From Candidatus Levyibacteriota bacterium (GTDB lineage Bacteria > Patescibacteriota > Microgenomatia > Levybacterales > UBA12049): DNA of 52,511 nt. The stretch is from assembly GCA_016199085.1 (NCBI GenBank), contig JACQHJ010000008.1, forward strand, positions 1-52,511, given 5' to 3'. The notes beneath the pieces were generated by a model that worked only from the letters and a program-made list of their open reading frames with translations, searched no databases and was not told the DNA's origin. This document shows positions 32,675 through 42,810 of this stretch, piece by piece. The translations under genes were made by a program, and so were the position numbers. Every line of letters starts with the position of its first letter. Within the stretch, counting starts at the first letter, position 1.

Positions 32675-34939
32675 CTATCTATTTAACAATTCTTTTTCAA
32701 AATGTGCAATAAGTTTTCTTGTATTTTCTATTGCATCAGGAGATACAGAAACGCTTGTAATACCAAGTCCTACGAGCCTTTTAACAAGTTCAGGATAGGT
32801 TGAAACAGCCTGTCCGCACATTGATGTAGTCACGTGGTGTTTGTTGGCTACCCTGATTGTCTCTTCAAATGCCCATAAAGCCGCAGGATTCATTTCATCG
32901 AATTCGTGGGCGACTTCAAAATTATCCCTGTCCGTTCCCAAAACAAGCATTGTCAAGTCGTTTGAGCCGATCGATACCCCGTCAATTCCAATTTCAATGA
33001 ATTTTTCAAGCTCAATGACGTTTGAAGGAATTTCTACCATCATCCAAAGCTTGAATGTCTCAGATCTGTGCAGGCCGAAATCGGTTATGATTTTTTTAAC
33101 CTTAACAAGTTCGTCAACTGTTCTTATAAAGGGGATCATTATCCAAAGGTTTTTGTATCCCATTTTATCCCTGACCATTCTTATAGCCTCTAGCTCGAGC
33201 CTGAACACTTCCGGATCGTGGATATATCTAAAAGCACCTCTGTAACCTAGCATCGGATTTGGTTCGTTTGGTTCATAGTCCTTTCCTCCCACAAGGTTTC
33301 TGTATTCATTGGTTTTAAAGTCAGATGCTCTATAGACAACCGGACGCGGTGAGAAAGCAGAACAGAATTTAGCAATGTCCGTTGCCAAATGCTCAATGAA
33401 CTCATGGCGCTTTCCGTCTTTTATCATTTTCTTTGGATGTGTCCCGATTCCTGCCATCATAAATTCGGCACGTAAGAGTCCTACGCCGTCGACGTTTCTG
33501 GCTGCATTTCTGTCGGCAAGTTCAGGTTCCGCCAGGTTTACATAGACTTTTGTTGCAGTTTTTAAGTCTTTTGTAACAATGGTTTGTTTTGCACCGGCAG
33601 TTGCATAACCGCCTTCATAAACCTCTCCTTTTGTACCGTCAACTGTTACGATATTTTCGTTTTTAAGTTTTTTTGTGGCATCCTGGGTTCCTACGACTGC
33701 TGGAATACCCAGTTCTCTTGATATGATCGCGGCATGCGAAGTCTTTCCTCCCAAATCGGTGATAACTGCAACTGCTTTTTTCATAGCGGGAACATAGTCC
33801 GGATTAGTCATCGGAGTAACTAGAACGTCACCAGGTATCACCTTATCAATTTCTTTTGCAGATAACACTATCTTTACCGGGCCGCTTGAAATACCCGGAC
33901 TTGCGGAATCTCCCTTTAAGATAAGCTTGGAAGCGGGGATATGTTCTACGGTTTTTTCCCGTTGCTTCTCGCTATGAGTTGTCGTCACAGCTCTAGTTTG
34001 CACTATATAGATGGTTTTTCTCTCAATTGCCCATTCAATGTCTTGGGGAAAATAATAATGTTTTTCAATAGCTTTGCCAGTCTTTGCCAGCTCAATTATC
34101 TGGCTGTCAGTTATTTTTTGTTTAGTAGAGTCTTTTTTGGAAAGCTTTATTTTTTTATTTGTAGCTCCTTTTTTTTCAAGAAGATGATCCTGGACGCCAA
34201 TTTTTTTATTTAATATCTTAAATTCCTTGCTATCCACCTCGTAATGGTCAGGGTTTACTTCTCCCTGGACAATCATTTCCCCAAGGCCCAAAATAGCCTC
34301 AATTACGACCTTTGATTTGTCATTTGTGACAGGATCAATCGTAAACATAACGCCAGACTTGTCTGATTCAACCATTTTTTGGACAACGAGAGCAATACCT
34401 GTTTTTATATGATCAAATTTCTGCTGGTGTCTGTAAAAAATGGCTCTTGATTCAAAAAGAGAAGTCCAGCCCTGTTTTATCTTTTCTATTAAAACTGCAT
34501 CACCAAGGACGTTTAAATATGTTTCCTGCTGTCCTGCAAATGAAGCGTTTGCCAAATCTTCTGCTGTTGCTGATGACCTGACTGCGACCAATGGTTCTTT
34601 AAAAGCAGTCCCTAGCTTTCTATATGCTTCAAGGATTTCCGCGATCAACTCTTTTGAAAGACTATGGGAAACAATCATTTTTTTAATATGCTCTGAAACC
34701 TGATTAAGTGATTTAGGATTGTCAAAATTAGCAGAGGAAATCAAGTGTTTAATTTTTATGGCCAGATTGTTTTCCCTTATAAAGTCATAGTATGCGTGGG
34801 AAGTTAAAACAAAGCCCGGTGGAACATTAAAGCCTGCTTTGGTTATTTCTCCAAGATTTGCGCCTTTTCCGCCTACGAGTGAAACATCTTCTTTATCAAT
34901 CTTGTCAAACCAGAGTATATGATGGGCAGAATCAGCCAT
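32675..34939 (-). CDS. ppsA: Phosphoenolpyruvate synthase
   Basis: 'VGGKGANLGE', 'AVRSSATAED', 'SHAAIISRE', 'NPMLGYRG', 'SIGSNDLT'. Confidence 0.95.
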   Translation of the reverse strand: MADSAHHILWFDKIDKEDVSLVGGKGANLGEITKAGFNVPPGFVLTSHAYYDFIRENNLAIKIKHLISSANFDNPKSLNQVSEHIKKMIVSHSLSKELIAEILEAYRKLGTAFKEPLVAVRSSATAEDLANASFAGQQETYLNVLGDAVLIEKIKQGWTSLFESRAIFYRHQQKFDHIKTGIALVVQKMVESDKSGVMFTIDPVTNDKSKVVIEAILGLGEMIVQGEVNPDHYEVDSKEFKILNKKIGVQDHLLEKKGATNKKIKLSKKDSTKQKITDSQIIELAKTGKAIEKHYYFPQDIEWAIERKTIYIVQTRAVTTTHSEKQREKTVEHIPASKLILKGDSASPGISSGPVKIVLSAKEIDKVIPGDVLVTPMTNPDYVPAMKKAVAVITDLGGKTSHAAIISRELGIPAVVGTQDATKKLKNENIVTVDGTKGEVYEGGYATAGAKQTIVTKDLKTATKVYVNLAEPELADRNAARNVDGVGLLRAEFMMAGIGTHPKKMIKDGKRHEFIEHLATDIAKFCSAFSPRPVVYRASDFKTNEYRNLVGGKDYEPNEPNPMLGYRGAFRYIHDPEVFRLELEAIRMVRDKMGYKNLWIMIPFIRTVDELVKVKKIITDFGLHRSETFKLWMMVEIPSNVIELEKFIEIGIDGVSIGSNDLTMLVLGTDRDNFEVAHEFDEMNPAALWAFEETIRVANKHHVTTSMCGQAVSTYPELVKRLVGLGITSVSVSPDAIENTRKLIAHFEKELLNR

Positions 34940-34990
34940 ATCTATACAATATTATGAGATTATTTTGCAAAATTTACAAGGGGATTTATC

Positions 34991-36034
34991 TTATTTTGCA
35001 AGCTTTTCTTTAAAATAGTCAACCCAGGGGATAAGGCTTGGGTCTTCGTTATATAAAATACCAAGATAAAAAGTTATATATCCTCCAAAAGACAAGGTGC
35101 TTAGCGACTGGGATAATTCCGTTGTGCCAAATGGAGTAAGATGCTCGCTTTCAATACCGTTTTGAGAAACAACGTCCTCGGTCAATGCTATTCTTTTTTT
35201 GTATTTTTCATTGTAAAACTGACTATCCAGAAATAATACTTTAATTTTTAAATCTTTGGGATACTTAAACCCCTCCATTAGATGATGATTAAGCTCAGGA
35301 ATGTCCTCAAAAGCTGCAAAAGTCTTTGAAGTCTCATTAAACTGATTTCTTAAAACGTGTGCATTTCCGTTTAGAAATCCGCAGGACATTATTAGAGGGA
35401 AGTATCCGACAAATTTTTGGGACAGTTCAACTGCCTTATTTTGAATATTTTGCCGGTTTTGTCTAAGTTCTGAAACGACCTTATTGATTTCACCATCAGT
35501 TACGGATAAGAGATTGAATTTTGTCAAAAGAGCAATTGTTCCAATTGCCATATAGCCAGTTCCGAGTCTTGGTTGTCCGGAAGGATTGTTTTTTGCAGCA
35601 AACTGTAAAAAGGGAAGACTGTTCTCTTTGAAAAATTCCGCAAGCTTTCCTCCGTTTGTGATACCCGTAACCGTTAAGCCTTTTTCTAAAGCTTGATTTG
35701 CGCAAGCCAGTGATTCTTCTGTCGATCCAGAATAACTTGAGAGAATAATAAGGCTTTTTTTGGTTGCAAATGCGGGAAGATCGTAGTCATTGTTAGAAAT
35801 TAAAGGAATCTTAAGACTGTTTTTAAAAAGAGACTGGATTATGTATCCGCTATATGCTGATCCTCCCATACCGCAAAGAATTATATTGTCAAAATCCTTG
35901 TAACTGGCTGGGAAACTTAGCGTTTTTGCATCCTTCCAGATTTGTTCAACCTGGTCAAAAAGCATACCAGTTGATCCAAAGACGTTTTTTGGGTCAAGAT
36001 CTTTAAACGCAGCTGGGTTATTTAAATCAATCAT
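34991..36034 (-). CDS. Bifunctional phosphoglucose/phosphomannose isomerase (SIS family)
   Basis: 'CGMGGSA', 'SSYSGSTEE', 'QFNETSK', 'PELNHH'. Confidence 0.88.
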   Translation of the reverse strand: MIDLNNPAAFKDLDPKNVFGSTGMLFDQVEQIWKDAKTLSFPASYKDFDNIILCGMGGSAYSGYIIQSLFKNSLKIPLISNNDYDLPAFATKKSLIILSSYSGSTEESLACANQALEKGLTVTGITNGGKLAEFFKENSLPFLQFAAKNNPSGQPRLGTGYMAIGTIALLTKFNLLSVTDGEINKVVSELRQNRQNIQNKAVELSQKFVGYFPLIMSCGFLNGNAHVLRNQFNETSKTFAAFEDIPELNHHLMEGFKYPKDLKIKVLFLDSQFYNEKYKKRIALTEDVVSQNGIESEHLTPFGTTELSQSLSTLSFGGYITFYLGILYNEDPSLIPWVDYFKEKLAK

Positions 36035-37410
36035 TTCGCAAGAATATTTATATAATCCTTAAGTTCATTAAATCTTCTTTGTGTAATATCTTTTTGCAGA
36101 GACTCGACGTTTAGCCTCAAAAGAGGCTCTGTATTTGAAGTTCTTGCGCTAAATCTCCAATCAGGATAGGTAACAGCTACTCCATCAAATTCAGAAACGT
36201 CTCCATCGCTATATTTTACTTTTAGTTGTTCAAGAATTTCTTTCGCATTCGAGACTTTGAAATTAAACTCTCCAGACTCATAGCTTCTTCTAAGCTCCTC
36301 TGTCAGTTCTGAAAGTTTTTTGTTTTCTCTTGTCATTACAGCCAAAACTGTTAAGATAACTGGAATTGGTGCTTCGCCATTTCCTGCTTCTTTGTAAAAG
36401 AAGTGGGACGATGATTCTCCTGCAAAAATGGCGCCTGTTTCGTGCATTTTTTCCGTGATAAATGCATGACCGACTTTAGTTATGTCATATTTACCACCGT
36501 TTTCTTCGATTATCTTAATTGGGTTTAAGATATATCTTATATCAAAAAGTATCATTGCTCCCGGGTTTTTCTTGAGTAATTCCCTTGCTACCAAAGAAGT
36601 GATGATTGACGGAGGGACAATTTCTCCATTTTCATCTATAAAGAAAAATCTATCACCGTCTCCGTCCGGAGCAAAACCAATATCTGCTTTTTCGTCGATT
36701 ACTTTTTTCTGAAGATCAACCAGGGTATCAAAATTCAAAGGATCAGGTTGATGAGAGGGGAATGTTCCGTCAAGATTAAAGTTCATGCGGATTAATTCAC
36801 CAGGAATATGCTTAAACAATTCATCTAAATATACTGCTCCCATAGAATTTGCCGCGTCGGCTACGATTTTGAATTTTTTAATCTTTGGATTTCCTGCAAT
36901 CCTGATAGAATTTTGCACTTCTTTCTCAACAATATCTTTTACATGAGTTATAGAACCTTCAGTTACTTTTATAGGAGGTGTCTGTCCTAAGCTAATAGTC
37001 TTGACATCTTCCATACCTGTACTCTTGCCGATTTTAATGAGTCCCTGTGGGGAATTTGCAACCATTTTTAGACCGTTCCATTCTTTAGGATTATGTGATG
37101 CACTTATCTGAATCCCCCCATCAGCACCCAGTTTAAACACTGCAAAATAAAAAGAGGGGGTTGATGCAAGTCCGATATCTATGACTTCTATACCACAATC
37201 AAGAAGCGCTTTTTGAGCAATTTCTGAAAGGGAGGGAGAGGAGATACGCATGTCTCTACTTAATACAACGCTGAATTTTTCTTTTCCAACCTTCTCTGAG
37301 AGCACTTTATAAATTGCTTGGACTATGCGGTAAATGCCTTCCTCATCTAATTGCGTTTTGTATATTCCCCTGATGTCGTAGGACTTAAAAATAGAAGGAT
37401 CAATTATCAT
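36031..37410 (-). CDS. Phosphomannomutase/phosphoglucomutase
   Basis: 'FKSYDIRG', 'SASHNP', 'DGDGDR', 'GESSSH', 'SNTEPLLRLNVE'. Confidence 0.93.
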   Translation of the reverse strand: MIIDPSIFKSYDIRGIYKTQLDEEGIYRIVQAIYKVLSEKVGKEKFSVVLSRDMRISSPSLSEIAQKALLDCGIEVIDIGLASTPSFYFAVFKLGADGGIQISASHNPKEWNGLKMVANSPQGLIKIGKSTGMEDVKTISLGQTPPIKVTEGSITHVKDIVEKEVQNSIRIAGNPKIKKFKIVADAANSMGAVYLDELFKHIPGELIRMNFNLDGTFPSHQPDPLNFDTLVDLQKKVIDEKADIGFAPDGDGDRFFFIDENGEIVPPSIITSLVARELLKKNPGAMILFDIRYILNPIKIIEENGGKYDITKVGHAFITEKMHETGAIFAGESSSHFFYKEAGNGEAPIPVILTVLAVMTRENKKLSELTEELRRSYESGEFNFKVSNAKEILEQLKVKYSDGDVSEFDGVAVTYPDWRFSARTSNTEPLLRLNVESLQKDITQRRFNELKDYINILAK

Positions 37411-37419
37411 TTGTCTATA

Positions 37420-38109
37420 TTATAAACCAATTAGAAAAATGTCAATGGCAGAGCTTAGGTTAAAACTTGATAAACCGTATTTTGTTTCATAATCAATTTT
37501 ATATAGTTTTTTATAAGCATGAATTAGTTTTTCTTTTCCAAAGTATTGAGCTTGTTTTTTAAGCTTTGAGATTTGCCAAGGTGCCAGTCTTTTTGCCTCG
37601 TCGATATTTTTAGAACCATCGCTACTAACTGCCAAAAGAAGCCTAAATTGTCTTATCATCATATAAAAGATAAGCTCTGTCTCCATCGTTTCGCTAAGAT
37701 CATGGAAAAGCTTAACAGAGGAGGGATTATTTGGTTTTATGTTATCCAAAAAAGTAAAAAGAACCTGGGGGTAGTTAAAAAGCTGCGCTGATGCGTTTTT
37801 GAAAGCTGCTATTTGGGTTTTTGTCAGTTCTTTGTCCTCCCAGAAAACTATCTCAAAGTCCTTATTCTTATTTAGATATTCAACGATTTGCTTAAACTCT
37901 ATTGAGTTTGATTTAATTTTGGAAATGTAGTTTTCTATAAAAATAAAACGTTTCTCACTAAAAAGAGAATTTCCCTCAAGTGCTTGGAATAGAGTATTGT
38001 AGTCGAGTTTTTCGCCTTCAAAGATATCGGGATTTTGAAACCTTTGCCTTTGTTCTATATAGAAATTTCTGGATTTTTCTATATCGTTTCCATGGATTAT
38101 CGTAATCAT
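37420..38109 (-). CDS. holA: DNA polymerase III delta subunit-like protein (reduced)
   Basis: 'IIHGND', 'SLFSEKR', 'IRQFRLLL', 'PWQISKLKKQA', 'IDYETKYG' follow the HolA pattern; short at 229 aa. Confidence 0.65.
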   Translation of the reverse strand: MITIIHGNDIEKSRNFYIEQRQRFQNPDIFEGEKLDYNTLFQALEGNSLFSEKRFIFIENYISKIKSNSIEFKQIVEYLNKNKDFEIVFWEDKELTKTQIAAFKNASAQLFNYPQVLFTFLDNIKPNNPSSVKLFHDLSETMETELIFYMMIRQFRLLLAVSSDGSKNIDEAKRLAPWQISKLKKQAQYFGKEKLIHAYKKLYKIDYETKYGLSSFNLSSAIDIFLIGL

Positions 38110-38495
38110 ACAGAGTTTTTATATATCTCAAAGAGTTTATTTGCAGTTTTACCAAGATGTCTAGATCTTGTGCGGTGGGGGACAAGCGCGCCTGAAAAAT
38201 TCTGGGGAATATGTAAAAGTTCATGAATTATGACTTTGGATTTCTCATCATCTGAAAGCCTGTCATAATATCTTGCCAAGACTTCGATAACATAATGTGG
38301 CTCAAGCTTTAAGGCTCTTTGGAAAATCTTTGGCATTGCCCAGATTCTGGCATACGCTCTAGACTTTGAACCTTCGGTTCTATAGCAGTGGATATTTTCA
38401 GGCTTGATATGAGGCAAATCAAGCGCTTTTAAAATCTTTACTATTTTTATTTTGACATCTTGGGCGTCTTCCCACTCAAGTTTTGTATTTCGCAT
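38106..38495 (-). CDS. Putative metallopeptidase (HExxH)
   Basis: 'AYARIW', 'YVIEV', 'IIHELLHIP..FSG.L..H'; probable start ATG at 38495. Confidence 0.75.
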   Translation of the reverse strand: MRNTKLEWEDAQDVKIKIVKILKALDLPHIKPENIHCYRTEGSKSRAYARIWAMPKIFQRALKLEPHYVIEVLARYYDRLSDDEKSKVIIHELLHIPQNFSGALVPHRTRSRHLGKTANKLFEIYKNSV

Positions 38496-38514
38496 ATTTA
38501 GAAATTGGATGGAT

Positions 38515-39036
38515 TTAGGTATGCTTGTCTGCAACGTAAGATGCAGCGTATGCGTCTGGCTTTGTCTTTGCTACGTATCCGTTTCCGGTTACCATTCCCA
38601 CTACCTCTTTAATCATATTCCTTGTGTCTCCGTGTTCTCCGACATCGACGTGGATCTCAAGATTATAGTTTGGTTCGTGTCCGTTTAGAGCTTTTTTGAA
38701 AAGGGGAACAAAGATTGAGGCAAAGGCGAGCGAAACCGTAGTTTCCGCATAGATTTTTTGCCTTAATGAATGGATATTTTTTTGCTCTTGTCTTCGCCAG
38801 AAGTATTTGCCTCCAAAACCTTTTCTGTGAATAAGTATTGCCGTAACAAGATTAATCGTGCTGCCTATTTTTTTGTCAACTGATTTTTTCTCATGAGAAT
38901 CCGTGCCAATTACAAGCGAGTACTGTGCATTTGGTCTTTCTTCTAAGAATTCCCTTATTCGTTCTATGGTTTCCGTGATGTTTAAGATTCCGTGCGTGTG
39001 GCTGTGGAAAATTTCATCAGTTAAGTCCTTATTCAT
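38515..39036 (-). CDS. RNase H-like YkuK/DUF458 family protein
   Basis: 'IGTDS', 'HRKGFGG', 'EIHVDVG..G.T', 'KPDAYAASYVADKHT'; start ATG at 39036 or TTG at 39048. Confidence 0.85.
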   Translation of the reverse strand: MNKDLTDEIFHSHTHGILNITETIERIREFLEERPNAQYSLVIGTDSHEKKSVDKKIGSTINLVTAILIHRKGFGGKYFWRRQEQKNIHSLRQKIYAETTVSLAFASIFVPLFKKALNGHEPNYNLEIHVDVGEHGDTRNMIKEVVGMVTGNGYVAKTKPDAYAASYVADKHT

Positions 39037-39069
39037 ACACTTTGACAATCTAAATTATACCATAGGAGC

Positions 39070-40212
39070 TCAAATGTGAAGAAGCCATCTCAAAAAGGTT
39101 GTGGTTTGGTCATTTATTTTATTGTAAATCGTTTTTGTAAACTCCTGGGTAAAGTAGCGGGTTTTTAGAACAGTGCTTTTGACAGCTGTCTGGATTGTTT
39201 TTGGCTCTATTTGTGGTGTTCCTTTAATTTTGGGAAGCTTTGCGTAAGCTTCGTAAACCGGCGTTCTTTTGTTATCCAAGATGAAGGAAAATTTGCGAAA
39301 AGGTTCACCTTCTGAATGAAGTAAAAAGGGAGTTACCGCGACAATATTTTTATCACTCCAGGCGTTTTCAAATGCTCTTTTATAATACTGGACCTGAGCC
39401 TCGTGGGAAGTAGACTCAGTTGTCCAACCTGTTTCTGTAATAAAGACAGGTAAGTTTTTATCTGTAAAATTAGCTATTAAATCTTTTTCAAATTCATAGG
39501 AATATATTCCGTTAACTCCTCTATACTCAGGAGTTGAAGAAAATCCCGGATTTGGATATGCGTGGACAGATAATCCATCAATTCTTTCAAAAATACCCGG
39601 TACTGCCTGGTTCATTTCGCGAAGATAATTGAACTGGCTTATGTATTTTTGATAAACATCTGGGGCTGCATTGTCTAATCCTCCTCCAATAATGAAAAAC
39701 CTTCCGTCTCTTTTTTTAAAGACATCAACGGCATAGTTTAAAATATCGGCATATTCTTGAGGGTTTGGTATTCCACCCCATTCATCACCCCTGTTTGGTT
39801 CATTTAAAACGATTATGTACCGGTTTTTCGTTGGCCAGTTAAGCGAACTTAGAAAGTTTGCAAAATCAATCATTGAGTACTTATTGGGTTTTTCCCATGA
39901 AGCTTTATTGAAATAATCTCCTTCCGTTGCAAGCCTGATTAAAGGAATTACTTTATAGTTTGCACTGTCATCTAAAAATTTCTGCCATTTCTCAATGTTT
40001 CTATCAGAAATCCTAATTGGAATTGTAACGTATCCCCATTCTCCTCCACTTGAATTAACAAGATGAGCTGCTTCTGATATCTCTTCGGGGAAAAGAATAT
40101 GGATGCCGTATTTATTGTTTGAAGTAGATAGGGGATCATAGATTGCATATGAGGATTTGGGGGAAAGAAGCATGACAGAGATTAAAAATAAAAAGAGAAG
40201 TAGATTTTTCAT
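39070..40212 (-). CDS. Secreted clan GH-A glycoside hydrolase-like protein
   Basis: Signal peptide; acid/base 'LNEPN', 'HAYP', nucleophile 'FITETGW'. Confidence 0.7.
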   Translation of the reverse strand: MKNLLLFLFLISVMLLSPKSSYAIYDPLSTSNNKYGIHILFPEEISEAAHLVNSSGGEWGYVTIPIRISDRNIEKWQKFLDDSANYKVIPLIRLATEGDYFNKASWEKPNKYSMIDFANFLSSLNWPTKNRYIIVLNEPNRGDEWGGIPNPQEYADILNYAVDVFKKRDGRFFIIGGGLDNAAPDVYQKYISQFNYLREMNQAVPGIFERIDGLSVHAYPNPGFSSTPEYRGVNGIYSYEFEKDLIANFTDKNLPVFITETGWTTESTSHEAQVQYYKRAFENAWSDKNIVAVTPFLLHSEGEPFRKFSFILDNKRTPVYEAYAKLPKIKGTPQIEPKTIQTAVKSTVLKTRYFTQEFTKTIYNKINDQTTTFLRWLLHI

Positions 40213-40251
40213 TGAGCTTTTATTTTACATCAATCAGAAATAAGTAGCTAC

Positions 40252-40938
40252 TTAAATAGAAGTCTGGGGTCTATTTTTAACAAGATATGCTAGTGCACCT
40301 GCACCTGCATATAAGCTTACTCGTTCTGCTTTGAAATCCGCATTATGAGTATTGTAGACTAATGGAATTGTTAAGTCAGTTGAGGGTGGATAAAGTTGAG
40401 GGACAAATACGCCGTATGCTCCTGGATCTCTTTCAAGACATGCGCAATTTCCGAAAGTTTGCACCCTAAACATTCCGTTTGTATTAGCTTGTGAACTAAA
40501 AACCATCGGACCTCTTGGTCTACCTGGCCTCAAAAGTCTGGGCAATTCCGCTGATGGATTAATTTTTTTATAAACTTTTCTCATTATGGTTTCAACTTGA
40601 GACATTGTTTCTGTAAATCTTGAAGGATCAGCAGTGAGCAATGCCAATTCTCTTCTAAAACTGGGTAATTGAACAAGTGATCGGGAAATTATCATATATA
40701 AAAATTTATCGCTATCTTTATCTACGGGACCTATATGATCAGCTAGTAATCTTATAATGCTTGATTGATCCTCAAAAGCCAATGGATCAAGTCTTTTCTC
40801 CTTATCTCCAGACCCAATCAGAAATTGCATTGATTTTGGGTCAAAATAAAAAGGGACACCATCCCAAATTGATATCCCGATCTCTTCGGTAGCGTCAGGC
40901 AAATGAGTGCTAGAATCTTCTTTTTTGTTGCGTGGCAT
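40252..40938 (-). CDS. Hypothetical protein (orphan)
   Basis: 228-aa ORF; TATAAT 10 nt upstream of ATG. Confidence 0.65.
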   Translation of the reverse strand: MPRNKKEDSSTHLPDATEEIGISIWDGVPFYFDPKSMQFLIGSGDKEKRLDPLAFEDQSSIIRLLADHIGPVDKDSDKFLYMIISRSLVQLPSFRRELALLTADPSRFTETMSQVETIMRKVYKKINPSAELPRLLRPGRPRGPMVFSSQANTNGMFRVQTFGNCACLERDPGAYGVFVPQLYPPSTDLTIPLVYNTHNADFKAERVSLYAGAGALAYLVKNRPQTSI

Positions 40939-40959
40939 ATTGACAGGGATTATAACATA

Positions 40960-41808
40960 TCAAAATCTAGCAATTATTCCAGTAGACAGCATTCTGTTTC
41001 TATCGTTTTCTTCCAATGCAAGCTCTCCACATTGGATCTGATCCTTTGGGAGTTTTAGATAATCTTCCATCATGTTTCTAAGCATTAAAGATGACGCAGA
41101 GATTGCATATGCATTTATTATTACAAAAAGGGGATTTTTGTTAAGCGCTGCTCTACAATTCTCAAGCAAAACTGAAAAAGACTTATTGAAATCCCAAATC
41201 TCTCCATTTGGTCCGTGGCCATAGACTGGTGGATCCATGATTATTGCGTCATACATGTTTCCCCGTCTTGCTTCTCTTGCCGTAAACTCAACTGCATCAT
41301 CTAAAATCCATCTGATCGGTTTATCGGCAAGACCGCTTAACTGCTGGTTTTCTCTTGCCCAGGAAATTGCAGGTTTTGAGCCGTCCAAATGGGTTACTTT
41401 TGCTCCGTTTGCCGAACAGATAAGCGAAGCAATGCCTGTATATCCAAAAAGGTTTAAAACGTTTATTTCTTTTTTTGTGTTTTTTAATTTTTCTTCAATA
41501 AAATCCCAGTTCAATACTTGCTCGGGGAATACTCCCGTGTGTTTGAAGTTTGTAAGCTTTGCATAAAACTTTACGTTTTTATATGAAAGTGGCCATTTAT
41601 CTGGGAGACTGTTTTTGTTCCATTTCTTTTCTTCATCGAGATAGGTTGCATCGGCTTTATCCCAATCAGCTTTTGGCAGATGAGGTTTCCAGATTGCCTG
41701 TGGGTCAGGCTTTGAGATAATGTATTTACCAAATCTTTCAAGCCTTTTGCCGTTTCCAGAGTCTAATAATTCGTAATCCTGCCAGCCTTTGGTAGAAAGA
41801 AGCTTCAT
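40960..41808 (-). CDS. Class I SAM-dependent methyltransferase (RlmI/RlmK-like)
   Basis: 'DYELLDSGNGKRLERFG', 'HTGVFPEQ', 'VLNLFGYTG', 'DPPVYG'; probable start ATG at 41808. Confidence 0.88.
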   Translation of the reverse strand: MKLLSTKGWQDYELLDSGNGKRLERFGKYIISKPDPQAIWKPHLPKADWDKADATYLDEEKKWNKNSLPDKWPLSYKNVKFYAKLTNFKHTGVFPEQVLNWDFIEEKLKNTKKEINVLNLFGYTGIASLICSANGAKVTHLDGSKPAISWARENQQLSGLADKPIRWILDDAVEFTAREARRGNMYDAIIMDPPVYGHGPNGEIWDFNKSFSVLLENCRAALNKNPLFVIINAYAISASSLMLRNMMEDYLKLPKDQIQCGELALEENDRNRMLSTGIIARF

Positions 41809-41844
41809 AGAGCTAATCTTACCATAAAATGTTAAAATAGGGCT

Positions 41845-42810
41845 ATGTTGGTGGATGAGGTACAAATTATAGTCAAAGCGGGAAATGGCGGAAACGGATC
41901 CTCTTCTTTTAAAAGAAATGCCCAAACAGCTAGAGGTGGTCCTGATGGTGGAAATGGAGGGAAAGGTGGCAGTGTCTATGTTGTCGGAGTAAATGATATT
42001 GATGCTTTACAGACATTTCGATATGCAAAAAAAGCAAACGCTGAAGACGGGATAAACGGAGGAAGACAAAAATTGTTCGGAAGAAACGGACAGGATTTAA
42101 TAATCAAAGTCCCTTTTGGAACATTTATTCATGATTTATCAAACAATACAACATTTGAAGTGATAGATGAACAATCAAAACACCTTATCGCAAGGGGCGG
42201 AAAAGGCGGTAGAGGAAATACAGAGTTTAAATCCGCTACAAACCAAGCCCCCAAGTTTGCCGAAAAAGGAGAAGCCGGTGAAGAAAAAAGAATTAATTTA
42301 GAACTTAAGCTTATCGCAGATGTTGGCCTTATAGGACTCCCAAATGCAGGCAAAAGCAGTCTTTTGGAGGTTTTGACTAATGCGCATCCAAAGATAGGGA
42401 ATTATCCGTTTACAACTCTTGAGCCAAACCTTGGAGTTATGGAAGGACTTATTATAGCCGACATTCCGGGACTGATAGAAGGAGCACACAGCGGAAAAGG
42501 GCTGGGGGATAAGTTTCTAAAACACATTGAAAGAACTAAAATTTTGGTTCACTGTATTGACGTTTCTTCAAATGATCCATATAAGGATTATGAAACCATA
42601 CGGTTGGAGTTAAAAAGCTTTACTGAAACCTTACTTTCCAAAAAAGAAATTATTTTAATCACAAAATCTGATTTAATAAGTACGGAAAATGTAAAAAAGT
42701 TCGTATCACTTTTTAAGAAAAAGGGCAAAGAAGTATTACCTGTATCGATTTATGATGATAATTCATTAAAATTACTTAAAGAAAAGATTAGAGAACTTAT
42801 TGATAAATGA
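41845..42810 (+). CDS. obg: GTPase Obg/CgtA
   Basis: Gly-rich Obg fold 'GGPDGGNGGKGG', 'GLPNAGKSS', 'YPFTTLEP', 'DIPGLIEGA'. Confidence 0.96.
   Translation: MLVDEVQIIVKAGNGGNGSSSFKRNAQTARGGPDGGNGGKGGSVYVVGVNDIDALQTFRYAKKANAEDGINGGRQKLFGRNGQDLIIKVPFGTFIHDLSNNTTFEVIDEQSKHLIARGGKGGRGNTEFKSATNQAPKFAEKGEAGEEKRINLELKLIADVGLIGLPNAGKSSLLEVLTNAHPKIGNYPFTTLEPNLGVMEGLIIADIPGLIEGAHSGKGLGDKFLKHIERTKILVHCIDVSSNDPYKDYETIRLELKSFTETLLSKKEIILITKSDLISTENVKKFVSLFKKKGKEVLPVSIYDDNSLKLLKEKIRELIDK

Noticed and set aside
41809-41925. Long N-terminus of the methyltransferase overlapping obg
   Set aside because: Family similarity starts at MKLL (41808), which has its own -10 box; the extension is antisense to obg.
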